A DNA stretch of 64,000 nt, from assembly GCA_041583775.1 (NCBI GenBank), contig JBFHFF010000001.1, forward strand, positions 158,725-222,724, read 5' to 3'. Source of the DNA: Candidatus Moraniibacteriota bacterium (GTDB taxonomy: Bacteria; Patescibacteriota; Minisyncoccia; Moranbacterales; DUUL01). The translations under genes were made by a program, and so were the position numbers. Under the pieces are notes generated by a model, which made no database searches, had not been told where the DNA came from, and was given only the letters and a program-made list of their open reading frames with translations. Positions 52,047-61,873 of this stretch are shown here, piece after piece (position 1 is the stretch's first letter; every line of letters begins with the position of its first letter).

Positions 52047-55000
52047 TTACGAAGTTTTCTTCAACCAAAATTCAACTTCCGTGCCATTAACTGAGACTTT
52101 TTGATTATAAGCATCATCTTCTCCTTTGGTGTTTTCCAGTTTTTGCGCCAAAACTTCTTTTGTGATTTCTTCGCTAAATTTTCCAAAAACTGCCTCTCCA
52201 CCAATATAATTCACTTCGATTCGATCTTCGATTTCAAAATCAGCTTTTTTTCGTGCACTTTGAATAAATCTCACCAGCTCGCGCATATCACCTTCAAGTT
52301 TAAGTTCTTCTGTCATTTCTAAGTTTAAATAGACACAAAGTTCATTATCTTCTTTGTGGCTCAACTGTTCTTTGTCCATCGCCTTTTCGGCAATTTGTAC
52401 AACACTCTTCACATTGACCTCGTCTTTGATAAGTTCTAGGTATTCTTCTCCCAGTTCAACTTTGCTCGCAAAAACTAACAATTCACTTAGTGGTTGTCTA
52501 ACTTTAAGTTTGTTTTCAGATCTTAAGTTTAATCCAAATTCAATAGCCTTTCTGGTCGATGCCATTTTTTTGCTTATTTCTTCATCAATCAATTTTTCAT
52601 CTGCAACTGGATAGTCCACAAGATGCACTGATTCTTCACCTGTTAGATTACGATAAATCTCATCTGCCACAAATGGAGTGAAGGGTGCAATTAATTTTGA
52701 AAATTCCACCAACACAGTCCAGAGAGTTTGATATGCGTCATGCTTATCAGAGTCACTCTCACTCTTCCAAAATCGTCTTCTAGAGCGTCTAATGTACCAA
52801 TTAGACAATTGATCGACAAAATCCATTATAGTCTTTGTAGCGGCTGGTAGGTTATACGCCTCCATATTTTCATCTACTGTTTTTATCAGCTTGTTTAATT
52901 CGGCCACAATCCACTTATCTAACAAGTTTTTTCCAGTTGTTATGCTTTTTGTATCATCTGGAGACCACTTATCGATATTGGCATACATAACAAAAAAGCT
53001 ATAGCTGTTCCAAAGTGTTCCTAGTTTTCTTTGAATATCAGAAACATCCTTGTCAATAAGCGTAAAGTCCTCTCCGTTAAGAAGTGGTGAGCTTATCAAC
53101 AAATAACGCAATGCGTCAGCGCTGTATTGATCAAGTAGAATATTCGAATCAGTATAGTTACCCAGAGATTTGCTCATCTTCTTGCCATCAGAGCCCGCAA
53201 TTGTTCCTGTGACAATCACATTTTTAAAGGCTTCTTTTCCAAAAAGACCGACAGAAATAGCATGTAGATAATAGAACCAAGCTCTTACCTGCCCTACATA
53301 TTCAGAAATAAAATCTCCCGGGAAATTTGCTTCGAATTTTTCTTTGTTTTCAAAGGGATAATGAAACTGAGCAAATGGCATTGAACCAGATTCAAACCAA
53401 CAATCCATCACTTTTTCTATTCTCTTCATTTGCACGCCTTCATATTCAAATGTGATTTTGTCAACATATGGCAAATGATAATCATCGAGTTCTTGTCCGG
53501 AAAGTTCCTTAAGTTCGGCATAACTCCCCATTACTTTCTCAACAACAGTTCCGTCTTCTTTTTCTCCTCGCCATACTGGTATCGGAGTTGCCCAAAAACG
53601 ATCACGGCTCAAATTCCAATCAGGTGCAGTTTTTACGGTATTTTTAAAACGTTTTTCTTTAAAAGTAGCGGGAAACCAGTTGATATTTTCATTTTGTTCT
53701 AACATTTGTTGCTTTTGTCCATCAATATCCATAAACCAACTTGGATGGGCTCGGTACATTAGTTTTGTTTCACAACGATGACAGTGTGGATATTCATGTT
53801 GGATATAGTCAATTTTCATCACAGTTCCTTCCGCAAAAAGTGTTTTTGCAATTTCTTTGTTGATTTCCCATACATTTTTCCCTGCCCATCTTCCGTCAAT
53901 ATAATTTCCATTTTCATCGACAGTATTCACTACTGGTAAATTCTCTTTTTTTGCCAGTGCATAATCTTCTTCACCAAAAGCTGGCGCAATGTGCACAATT
54001 CCCGTTCCATCTTCAGTCGTGACAAAATCAGCCCCCACGACTCTGTGGGCATTTTCACCATGATTTTCAAAAAGTGGTTTGTATCTTTTGCCGACTAATT
54101 CTGCACCTTTAATGATGTCTACATTGTGTTTTTTACAAAAATCTTCACAATTCATTCCCGCTAAAATATCATCCTCATTCTTACTTGGATCGCCAGAAAG
54201 AACCATCCTGACTTCTGTTAATCCAGCACTACCTGTCATATTTCTCCAAAAGATATCTTTCGCTAAAACATAGGTACCTTTTCCATATTTGCTTTCAGAA
54301 ACAGTTCCCTTTTCAAGTTCATCTTTTCTCTCTCCAGAAAGCCCTCTTCCATCATATTTAATTTTAACATAATCGATTTCAGGATTAACCGCTAAAGCTA
54401 CATTTGCCGAAAGTGTCCACGGAGTCGTTGTCCAGGCAAGTAAATATGTATCTTTTTCGTCTTCAAGCTCAAATTTCACATAAGAAGACGGGTCAGTCAC
54501 TACTTTGTAACTATTATCCATCGCTACTTCTGCTTTTGAAATTGGAGTCGCACAACGCGTGCAGTACATAAGCACCTTTTCTCCTTCGTATATTTTTCCT
54601 TTCTCGTGAAGCGTCTTAAAAGCCCACCAGACACTTTCCATATATTCCTTATCCATAGTCTTATAGGCATTTTTAAACTCCACCCAACGCCCGATTCTCT
54701 CGATTGTATCTTCCCAAACGCTTCCACCTTGCACCATTTCTGTGTGACAAGTCTCAATATATTTTTCAAGTCCAACCTTTGGAACATCACGCTTGTCTTT
54801 GATACCCAACTTCTTTTCCACTAAGTTCTCGGCTGGAAGCCCATGACAATCCCAACCCCAACGCCTTTCAACTCTCTTGCCCTTCATGGTCCAATATCTT
54901 GGCACAACATCTTTCACAACAGAAGAAAGTAATGTTCCATAATGAGGAACTCCCGTGATAAAAGGAGGGCCATCATAAAAAACATATGCGTTATTTTTAT

Positions 55001-55106
55001 CTCTATTCTCAACTGATTTCTCAAAAGTCTTATTCTCTCGCCAGTATGAGATCACATCTTTTTCCATTTCTGAATATTTTCTCTTTGGGTCTAGTTTTTT
55101 GAACAT
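52047..55106 (-). CDS. ileS: isoleucyl-tRNA synthetase (type 2, eukaryote/archaeal-like)
   Basis: FYDGPPFITGVPHYGT class-I HIGH-region variant, WDCHGLP, editing domain and KMSKS. Start set at MFKKLDPKRKYSEMEKDV, since the upstream in-frame extension looks non-coding. Confidence 0.9.
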   Translation of the reverse strand: MFKKLDPKRKYSEMEKDVISYWRENKTFEKSVENRDKNNAYVFYDGPPFITGVPHYGTLLSSVVKDVVPRYWTMKGKRVERRWGWDCHGLPAENLVEKKLGIKDKRDVPKVGLEKYIETCHTEMVQGGSVWEDTIERIGRWVEFKNAYKTMDKEYMESVWWAFKTLHEKGKIYEGEKVLMYCTRCATPISKAEVAMDNSYKVVTDPSSYVKFELEDEKDTYLLAWTTTPWTLSANVALAVNPEIDYVKIKYDGRGLSGERKDELEKGTVSESKYGKGTYVLAKDIFWRNMTGSAGLTEVRMVLSGDPSKNEDDILAGMNCEDFCKKHNVDIIKGAELVGKRYKPLFENHGENAHRVVGADFVTTEDGTGIVHIAPAFGEEDYALAKKENLPVVNTVDENGNYIDGRWAGKNVWEINKEIAKTLFAEGTVMKIDYIQHEYPHCHRCETKLMYRAHPSWFMDIDGQKQQMLEQNENINWFPATFKEKRFKNTVKTAPDWNLSRDRFWATPIPVWRGEKEDGTVVEKVMGSYAELKELSGQELDDYHLPYVDKITFEYEGVQMKRIEKVMDCWFESGSMPFAQFHYPFENKEKFEANFPGDFISEYVGQVRAWFYYLHAISVGLFGKEAFKNVIVTGTIAGSDGKKMSKSLGNYTDSNILLDQYSADALRYLLISSPLLNGEDFTLIDKDVSDIQRKLGTLWNSYSFFVMYANIDKWSPDDTKSITTGKNLLDKWIVAELNKLIKTVDENMEAYNLPAATKTIMDFVDQLSNWYIRRSRRRFWKSESDSDKHDAYQTLWTVLVEFSKLIAPFTPFVADEIYRNLTGEESVHLVDYPVADEKLIDEEISKKMASTRKAIEFGLNLRSENKLKVRQPLSELLVFASKVELGEEYLELIKDEVNVKSVVQIAEKAMDKEQLSHKEDNELCVYLNLEMTEELKLEGDMRELVRFIQSARKKADFEIEDRIEVNYIGGEAVFGKFSEEITKEVLAQKLENTKGEDDAYNQKVSVNGTEVEFWLKKTS

Positions 55107-55354
55107 AATTATTAGGTTTTTAAAATTATAATTATTTATAGTTGGATATAAGGCATTATTTAAATATCTGTTTATTGTCAAATTTGATAGCCTCAAAAAT
55201 GGCATCTTTTTTTGAGTTTCTGTTTTTTATCACTTTCGACAGTCCGAAAATCGAAAAGTGATAACGAACAGATACGGATTTAGTATTATTAAACCAATAA
55301 AGGCAAATACTAGCCTGGATTCCTGCCTTCGCAGGAATGACACATCCATAAAAA

Positions 55355-55768
55355 TCAAATTGTCCTTAGGAATTCCTCTATTGTTTTAAATCTTTTCTCA
55401 AATATCAAATAAAGAGTTTCGGGTTTCTCTACTTCTCCGATTAATATAAGTTCTTTCTCTAATCCATAGGCTATTCCAGTTTCAATATGCACCGAATTAC
55501 CAGCTGGTAAAAGCACAATCACCTTTTCAGCCTCTTTTAGTGCTTTTAAATCTTTTTCAAAAATATACTTACAATATTCGTCATTGTAAAAGTCTTTTGT
55601 ATTTTCGAAAACATGCATTTGTTCTTTCCCATCTTTTTCTGGATTATCTGGGTCAGCGGGTGTGTCACAAAAATTATAACAACTAAAACCTTTGTCTCTA
55701 ATTTGATTAACAAGATAATCAACATTTTTCTTATTTCTAAATTTTGCCAAAACTGTATAATCAGTCAT
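55355..55768 (-). CDS. nucleoside 2-deoxyribosyltransferase-like protein
   Basis: 137 aa. C-terminal VIVLLPAGNSVHIETGIAYGLEKELILIG resembles the Nuc_deoxyrib_tr catalytic Glu region. Confidence 0.4.
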   Translation of the reverse strand: MTDYTVLAKFRNKKNVDYLVNQIRDKGFSCYNFCDTPADPDNPEKDGKEQMHVFENTKDFYNDEYCKYIFEKDLKALKEAEKVIVLLPAGNSVHIETGIAYGLEKELILIGEVEKPETLYLIFEKRFKTIEEFLRTI

Positions 55769-55774
55769 TTTTTT

Positions 55775-56060
55775 AATTTAAAAAATAAAAATCCCTATGC
55801 AAAAAATGCATAAGGACGACAATTGCCGTGGTACCACCTTCTTTTTAGTGTTTATAGTCTCACAATTCAGGCCTCTCTCTCTTCTCAAATTTGAACTACG
55901 AGCTCTAAACACTTCTCAATTACAGCTATTACGGGCATACCCGACGAATTCTACTCCCTTTATGGTTTCTTTTCGTAGCTCCAGAGTGATTGCTCTTTCA
56001 TCGCTTTTTACCTTTCTACAATAATTGAAAAACTCCCTTTTGTAAAGAGACTTTCCTGCA
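55775..56060 (-). promoter_or_regulatory. T-box riboswitch leader (antiterminator/terminator) upstream of the deoxyribosyltransferase-like gene and ileS
   Basis: Minus-strand RNA ...AAGAAGG-UGGUACC-ACGGCAAUUGUCGU-CCUUAUGCAUUUUUUGCAUAGGGAUUUUUAUUUUUU. The T-box core GGUGGUACCACGG has a 7-nt UGGUACC bulge between helices AAGG/CCUU and ACGG/UCGU. The competing terminator CCUUAUGCA-UUUUU-UGCAUAGGG plus U-run overlaps the 3' strand of the antiterminator. Confidence 0.5.
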
Positions 56061-56183
56061 CAATGCTTTGCTTTAAAATATCTGTTATGCTAAAATAAAG
56101 TAAAAGTTAAGTATATATTTGCTATATTTTTTGTAGCATATTTAACTTTTTATATATTATGTAAAGAAATAAATTAGAAAATT

Positions 56184-56531
56184 ATGTTAGAAAAAACAAC
56201 ATTAGAAGAACTAAAAGAAATGCTGCTTGAAGAAAAAGAGAAATTAGAAGCTGATCTTAATAAGATTGCCATTAAAACAGACGATGGCTATAAAGCAAAA
56301 ATCGAAGACCTTGGGAGAGAGGAAGATGACAATGCTGAAGAAATGGAAGAAAAAGAAGCAAGTCAGGGGCTTATTAATGTTTTAAGTGGAAATCTAAAAG
56401 AAGTAGATGGAGCACTTGCAAAGATGGAAAATGGAACATATGGTCACTGTGAAAACTGTGATGAAGAAATTCCGGTTGAAAGATTGCGAGCATATCCTGC
56501 TGCAACAAGCTGTGTAAAATGTACAGACTAA
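56184..56531 (+). CDS. DksA/TraR-family C4 zinc-finger protein
   Basis: N-terminal coiled-coil followed by CENCDEEIPVERLRAYPAATSCVKC. Confidence 0.7.
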   Translation: MLEKTTLEELKEMLLEEKEKLEADLNKIAIKTDDGYKAKIEDLGREEDDNAEEMEEKEASQGLINVLSGNLKEVDGALAKMENGTYGHCENCDEEIPVERLRAYPAATSCVKCTD

Positions 56532-56535
56532 AGTT

Positions 56536-56946
56536 ATGTGGGCATTTATAATCCCCTCTGTTATTATTGCACTTGATCAAATTTTAAAATTTTTAGCAAA
56601 CAAAAATCTTCTGCCTACAGTGGGAGATTTTTTTGAAACCATTTCCTGCAACACAGGGATCGCTTTTGGCGTGCAATTACCCTCTTTTGTTTTTATTTTG
56701 CTCTGGATCTTCTCAATAGGCATTATTTTATATTTATTAAGACTTGAAAAAAATAACCTTGCACTTGCCGTTGTATTAGGAGGAGCAATTTCAAATATCA
56801 TCGATAGAATTTTTCATGGATGTGTTGTTGATTACATTTCTTTTTTGAATATTCCAACTTTTAATCTAGCAGATACAGCAATTTGTTTAGGAATTGGTTG
56901 GTTTGTCTTTAATTCATTTTTTCAAAAAACTCACAATGCCAAATAA
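56536..56946 (+). CDS. lspA: lipoprotein signal peptidase II
   Basis: NTGIAFG, IIDRIFHGCVVDYISF and NLADTAICLGI motifs; 4 TM. Confidence 0.8.
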   Translation: MWAFIIPSVIIALDQILKFLANKNLLPTVGDFFETISCNTGIAFGVQLPSFVFILLWIFSIGIILYLLRLEKNNLALAVVLGGAISNIIDRIFHGCVVDYISFLNIPTFNLADTAICLGIGWFVFNSFFQKTHNAK

Positions 56947-57112
56947 AAAAGTTTCTAAAGAAGAAGATATTTCGTTGTCTTACCTTATTTTACAAACATC
57001 CCTCTTTCTATTTGTAGCATTTGTTTATCTTGCGATATTTTTAATGGCCTATGCGATGGGATATGAAACTGAAGAAAATCCTGATGTTATTTTATATCCT
57101 CCTATTTTTTAG
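56936..57112 (+). CDS. small membrane protein, hypothetical (overlaps the lspA stop as ATGCCAAATAA)
   Basis: 58 aa from MPNKK... with one TM. The weak call rests on the open frame and start/stop overlap. Confidence 0.25.
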   Translation: MPNKKVSKEEDISLSYLILQTSLFLFVAFVYLAIFLMAYAMGYETEENPDVILYPPIF

Positions 57113-57132
57113 CCTTTAAACAATGGATTGCT

Positions 57133-57381
57133 TTGTTTTTTAATTTTTACATTCTTTTCTGGTTTTTTAAAAAAATTCTACCAAAAAAGTATCATTTCTT
57201 CAAAATCCCTCTTTTAATATTATGCACATTTATTTTCTTCATCTTATTGCCCTTTTTGATTTTTAAAAATCTTTTTTTAATGTGGTGGCCTGCCATTCTT
57301 TTCCTGCCTCTTGCTGTATCAATCTATATTGTGCGTATAACATTAAAGGACTATTTGGAGCAAAAAAATTCTGAGAATTAA
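57133..57381 (+). CDS. small two-TM membrane protein, hypothetical
   Basis: 82 aa with two hydrophobic helices. Confidence 0.3.
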   Translation: MFFNFYILFWFFKKILPKKYHFFKIPLLILCTFIFFILLPFLIFKNLFLMWWPAILFLPLAVSIYIVRITLKDYLEQKNSEN

Positions 57382-57493
57382 CTCCTTTTGGCCTCAAAAT
57401 TAGAAATTCAAAATTCAAAATTTTATTTATTACCCTTCCCTCAAAACCATTTTTGTTATAAACTAGAGGTATTGAATACTAAACAAAAACAAG

Positions 57494-59023
57494 ATGGTCT
57501 CAAAAATCTATTCCTCTACTGTGTTTGGGATGGAAGGGATGATTGTTGAAATTGAAGTAGACACTTCTCCTGGACAACCAGTCTTTAATATTGTTGGACT
57601 TCCTGATGCAGCAATCAAAGAATCAAAAGATCGTGTCGCAAGCGCTTTGAAAAATTCTGGTTTTCGTCCTCCTCATCATTTTGGCAGAATCACTGTCAAT
57701 CTTGCCCCCGCAGATATCAAAAAAGAGGGTCCTGCTTTTGACTTGCCAATTGCTATCGGAATTCTTTTAGCCTCCAAGCAAATTGAAAAAATTCCCGAAA
57801 AATCAATCTTCCTAGGTGAACTTGCTCTTGATGGAAGACTGCGTCATGTTAGGGGTTCTTTGCCAATTAGTCTTTGTGCAAAAGAAAACGGCTTTAAACA
57901 ACTGTTTCTGCCTGAACATTCCGCCAAAGAAGCAAACCTGACCCAGGAGCTTGTCGTTTTCCCGATTAAAACTCTCAAACAATTAGCTAAGCATCTAAAT
58001 GGAGAGCTCAAGATAGAGCCCCTTAAAAAAGAAACTTTATTTTTTGAGGAACTTGAAAAAGGAGATTATGATCATGATTTTTGTTTTATTAAAGGGCAGG
58101 AACATGTCAAACGCGCACTTGAAATCGCGGTTGCTGGAAATCACAACATTCTCCTCTCTGGCCCTCCAGGAAGTGGAAAAACTATGCTTGCCAAATCAAT
58201 TCCTTCGATTATGCCACCTCTAAACATTGATGAGGCCTTTGAAGTTACTAAAATATATTCCATTTCCGGACAAACAAATAAGGACAATCCCTTTATCACT
58301 GAACGACCATTTCGTTGTCCTCATCACAGTGCTAGTGCAATCTCACTTGTTGGTGGTGGCTCTGTTCCAAAGCCGGGAGAAATTTCACTTGCTAATCGAG
58401 GAGTTTTATTTTTAGATGAATTTCCAGAATTTTCTCGTGAAGTCATCGAAAACCTTCGTCAACCACTAGAAGATGGTAGCGTCTCCATTTCTCGTGTCCA
58501 GGGCTCCACAACCTTCCCAGCGCAATTCATTCTTGTTGCTGCTATGAATCCCTGTCCTTGTGGATTTTCAACCGACCCAGACCGTTCCTGTGTCTGCACT
58601 CCTTTTCAAATCGCTCGTTATAAAAGAAAACTTTCTGGCCCCATTATGGACAGAATTGATTTGCACATTGAAGTTCCAAAGCTGAAATTTGAAAAACTTT
58701 CTTCAAACGAATTAGGAGAAAAAAGTTTTGATATCCGTAAAAGAATTGTTTCTGCGCGTAAATTTCAAGAAAATCGTTTTACTAACTTCAAAACATTTAC
58801 AAACGCAGAAATGAGCAGTCACGCAATTAGAAAATTCTGCCAAATTGGATCAGCCGAAAAAATTCTTTTACAAAATGCAGTTAAACAGCTTGGTCTTTCA
58901 CCTCGTGGATATCATCGCTTATTAAAGGTGGCTCGCACAATTGCAGATCTTGCAGGAGATCAAAATTTAAACTCAACTCACCTTGCTGAAGCTATTCAAT
59001 ATCGCTTTCGCACAGAAGAATGA
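57494..59023 (+). CDS. comM: YifB/ComM-family Mg-chelatase-like AAA+ ATPase
   Basis: N-terminal ChlI-like domain (VEIEVDTSPGQPVFNIVGLPDAAIKESKDRV), Walker A LLSGPPGSGKTMLAK and a C-terminal domain. Confidence 0.85.
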   Translation: MVSKIYSSTVFGMEGMIVEIEVDTSPGQPVFNIVGLPDAAIKESKDRVASALKNSGFRPPHHFGRITVNLAPADIKKEGPAFDLPIAIGILLASKQIEKIPEKSIFLGELALDGRLRHVRGSLPISLCAKENGFKQLFLPEHSAKEANLTQELVVFPIKTLKQLAKHLNGELKIEPLKKETLFFEELEKGDYDHDFCFIKGQEHVKRALEIAVAGNHNILLSGPPGSGKTMLAKSIPSIMPPLNIDEAFEVTKIYSISGQTNKDNPFITERPFRCPHHSASAISLVGGGSVPKPGEISLANRGVLFLDEFPEFSREVIENLRQPLEDGSVSISRVQGSTTFPAQFILVAAMNPCPCGFSTDPDRSCVCTPFQIARYKRKLSGPIMDRIDLHIEVPKLKFEKLSSNELGEKSFDIRKRIVSARKFQENRFTNFKTFTNAEMSSHAIRKFCQIGSAEKILLQNAVKQLGLSPRGYHRLLKVARTIADLAGDQNLNSTHLAEAIQYRFRTEE

Positions 59024-59038
59024 TATTTTAAAAATTTT

Positions 59039-59075
59039 GAAGGGCTTTGAAGTCTATAACTTCAAAGCCCTTTCT
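59039..59075. terminator. intrinsic terminator after comM
   Basis: gaagggctttgaag-tctataa-cttcaaagccctt; 12-bp stem. Confidence 0.6.
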
Positions 59076-59082
59076 CATTTCT

Positions 59083-59289
59083 TTATTTTTCATTCAGGAA
59101 GATTTTTTTTTTAAACTCTTCCACTACCCAGGCACGAGCAGCATCAGTGTTAGGCACTGGAGTATCATGTTGAGTCCAAGGTTCCTTACCAATCCTTGTG
59201 AAGACTCCAAATTTTTTGTCCAGATTCAGTGCGACATCCACTGAAACCCCTTTCACTTGAACAGTTCCAACTGGTTTTATCTTTGGCAT
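59083..59289 (-). CDS. small soluble hypothetical protein
   Basis: 68 aa, MPKIKPVGTVQVKGVSVDVALNLDKKFGVF..., non-repetitive. Lies downstream of the LysM-CHAP gene on the same strand. Confidence 0.3.
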   Translation of the reverse strand: MPKIKPVGTVQVKGVSVDVALNLDKKFGVFTRIGKEPWTQHDTPVPNTDAARAWVVEEFKKKIFLNEK

Positions 59290-59404
59290 TTTGCCCCCCT
59301 TCTTTAAAAGTTTTAATCCCCACTAAAGAACTAAAGAACCTTCTTATAAAATAAAATTTTATATATAAAAATAGCATAAAAAATAATAACTGTAAAGAGT
59401 TCTG

Positions 59405-59435
59405 AGATATAAAAAAGCCAAGACAAATCTTGACT
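59405..59435 (-). terminator. intrinsic terminator after the LysM-CHAP gene
   Basis: agucaaga/ucuuggcu stem including a G-U pair, followed by U6. Confidence 0.5.
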
Positions 59436-59463
59436 TTTTTATCTTCTACTTTCGCAAAATTTT

Positions 59464-60612
59464 CTAGTAGATATATCCTTTAATAACCCTACTACTTGCA
59501 GATAATGTTCTGGTACTCTCAACCCCAAATCCTTTGTAGTTCATTTCTCGAACTGTAATGGAGTTGCCACTTACTTTGGTAACAATAGCCACATGCCCAT
59601 ACCAACTTTCACTTGTAACCATAATTGAACCTTTCTTTGGGGTTTTTCCAGTGTTTGCACCGTATGCACGGGCGTTATATAACCATGTTCCTGCATTTCC
59701 TCCCCATGGAACATACTTACTTTGAGCAACATACCAAGTACAATATCCTGCCGGGAATCTATGTCCTCCCTTAGGATTTTTATCAATAATAGATGGCGTT
59801 CGATTCTCGGAACCATCTGAACTATAATAGTTTCTTTCTGTTAACAGACTTCTTGGCGTTGCTGCTGGTCGTGGATCCTCTTTTTGTCCGTCAGGAACAA
59901 CTAATTCTTCACCAACTTTTAATCTTCCGTCTGCTGGCAACTCATTAAATGCGATGATTTTTTCTTTTTCTGCTTCGTATTTTTTAGCAATACTGTCAAT
60001 TGTATCTCCCTCTTTAACAACATGCTGCACTCCAGCTGTTGGTAAAATAAAGATTTTATCATCAGGCATAATCAGATCTGGATCATCGATATCATTAGCC
60101 CAAAGGATAGTATTCTCGGTAACATTGAATTTTTGAGCAATTGTACTAAGCGTATCACCACTTTCAACTTGATAGACTGCAACATCAGCCCCTTGATCAA
60201 GCAATTCCTTTGTGTCAGGAATAGTTGCTGTTAAAACCTGGTATTGAGCTTGGTTCTGATCCAGTCTTCCTTCTTTTTTCAATAAATCCGCTATTGACTC
60301 CTCATCCTTAAGCTCCTCCGCAGCAATCGCAACTGGAACAGTTGCTGTTTCATTTTTATATATGTTATTCTTAACCCTTCTTTTGATTTTATCCTCATTT
60401 GACTCTTCTTTCTGAAAAAAACCAGACACAAAACCAACTTTATTTGAATTAGTCTCGGCCTTGTTTAGATTTCCAACAACCACCAAACTAGACACTAAAG
60501 CGACCACTATAACCGCTGAATGACCTCTGAAAAAATCCAATAAAACTCTTGTTTTATTGTTCTTTATAAATTCAAGAAATTGTTTTTCTTTTTGTTTTAA
60601 AAAGAAGACCAA
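59464..60612 (-). CDS. peptidoglycan hydrolase with two LysM domains and C-terminal CHAP (NlpC/P60-like) domain
   Basis: N-terminal TM. LysM YQVESGDTLSTIAQKFNV and HVVKEGDTIDSIAKKYEA. CHAP region GYCTWYVAQ...SWYGHVAIVTKV with the Cys/His pair. Confidence 0.75.
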   Translation of the reverse strand: MVFFLKQKEKQFLEFIKNNKTRVLLDFFRGHSAVIVVALVSSLVVVGNLNKAETNSNKVGFVSGFFQKEESNEDKIKRRVKNNIYKNETATVPVAIAAEELKDEESIADLLKKEGRLDQNQAQYQVLTATIPDTKELLDQGADVAVYQVESGDTLSTIAQKFNVTENTILWANDIDDPDLIMPDDKIFILPTAGVQHVVKEGDTIDSIAKKYEAEKEKIIAFNELPADGRLKVGEELVVPDGQKEDPRPAATPRSLLTERNYYSSDGSENRTPSIIDKNPKGGHRFPAGYCTWYVAQSKYVPWGGNAGTWLYNARAYGANTGKTPKKGSIMVTSESWYGHVAIVTKVSGNSITVREMNYKGFGVESTRTLSASSRVIKGYIY

Positions 60613-60895
60613 ATTATTTAAGAATTCTTGAAATACTCCCCTTTCTTGACTCTTCTTCGCTTCTTTATTATAGAAATTCTGCTTATGAAATGTTGAATTG
60701 CAACGTTTAATAGCTTTTTTCCCTTGTTAGTTACATATCTATAGGAAATTGGTCAAATAAAGATCCATCTCCATCAATTTGCAACCCTTTAATTATAATC
60801 AACATTCATTGTAGTTAAGACAGTCATTTTGTCAATAGGAAATTACATTTTATTCAATTTAGTGTAAAATAACAATATAATAGCTATAAAAAATT

Positions 60896-61798
60896 TTGAT
60901 GAAAAAGTCCAATCTATTTATAACAGATTACTTGGAATATCTTGAAGTTGATAAAAATCGTTCACAAAAAACATTAGAAAATTATTCTAGATACCTCCGT
61001 AAATTTTCCTCCTGGGCAAAAATAAACAAACCCAGTGACATAACAGATGAAATAGTGCATAAATTTCGTGTACACCTCAGTCAAACTGTTGATGAAAACG
61101 GAGCGTCATTAGATAGAAAAACACAAAATTACTACATTATTGCATTAAGGGGCTTCCTAAGATACCTTTCTAAAAAAAACATTCCTTCTCTTTCTGCCGA
61201 AAAAATAGAACTAGGGAAAACTAATGCTCGCACAATTGATTTTTTAACCGCTGAAGAAGTTGGGCGTCTCATTAAATCAACAGAAGGAATGTCTTTTTCG
61301 AAAGCTAGAGATAGAGCAATTTTATTACTTTTATTCTCTTCTGGGCTTAGGGTTTCCGAACTCGTAAATTTAAATAGAGACAATATTGATTTAAAAAGAA
61401 AAGAATTTTCAGTAATCGGAAAAGGCTCTAAAATTAGAATAGTTTTTATTTCAGATGGCGCAAAAGGTGCGCTTGAATATTTTCTAAACAAAAGAAAAGA
61501 CATAGATCCCGCACTTTTCGTAAGACTCCCCAAGAAAAATGATTTTTCTGATTTACGCATCACCACAAGAAGTATCCAACGAATTGTATCTCAATGTGCT
61601 AAAAGAGCTGGAATTCTAAAAAAAGTAACTCCACATGTTTTGCGTCATAGTTTCGCCACCAACCTCTTGCAAAATGGTGCAGATATTCGTAGCGTTCAAG
61701 CCCTCCTGGGTCATAGCTCTATAAATACAACCCAAATTTACACTCATGTTACAAATGAAGGACTTAAGGATGTATATACTAAATATCATAAAAAATAG
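60896..61798 (+). CDS. xerD: tyrosine recombinase XerC/XerD family
   Basis: ARDRAILLLLFSSGLRVSEL, HVLRHSFATNLLQNGADIRSVQALLGHSSINTTQIYTHV. The catalytic R..H..R..Y residues are present. Confidence 0.75.
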   Translation: MMKKSNLFITDYLEYLEVDKNRSQKTLENYSRYLRKFSSWAKINKPSDITDEIVHKFRVHLSQTVDENGASLDRKTQNYYIIALRGFLRYLSKKNIPSLSAEKIELGKTNARTIDFLTAEEVGRLIKSTEGMSFSKARDRAILLLLFSSGLRVSELVNLNRDNIDLKRKEFSVIGKGSKIRIVFISDGAKGALEYFLNKRKDIDPALFVRLPKKNDFSDLRITTRSIQRIVSQCAKRAGILKKVTPHVLRHSFATNLLQNGADIRSVQALLGHSSINTTQIYTHVTNEGLKDVYTKYHKK

Positions 61799-61873
61799 CT
61801 TGTATCCAATAGAAGCTATTTTTTAAAACAAATTTCATTCTTTCTATTTTTATATTTTTGTAAAAAAATTCTG

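Noticed and set aside
55206-55354. Hairpins between the Ndt-like gene and ileS (attcctgc-cttc-gcaggaat at 55318..55340; tcacttttcga...tcgaaagtga near 55226..55260) considered as a second T-box or a terminator
   Set aside because: No T-box core motif is present, and no U-run follows either hairpin on the minus strand. They are most simply neutral structures within a co-transcribed spacer; the region may also hold an ileS-proximal promoter.
55813-55836. Alternative reading of CCGTGGTACCACGG as a plain protein-binding palindrome
   Set aside because: Not fully excluded. The immediately adjacent competing terminator, the 7-nt UGGUACC bulge geometry and the ileS context make the T-box interpretation more economical.
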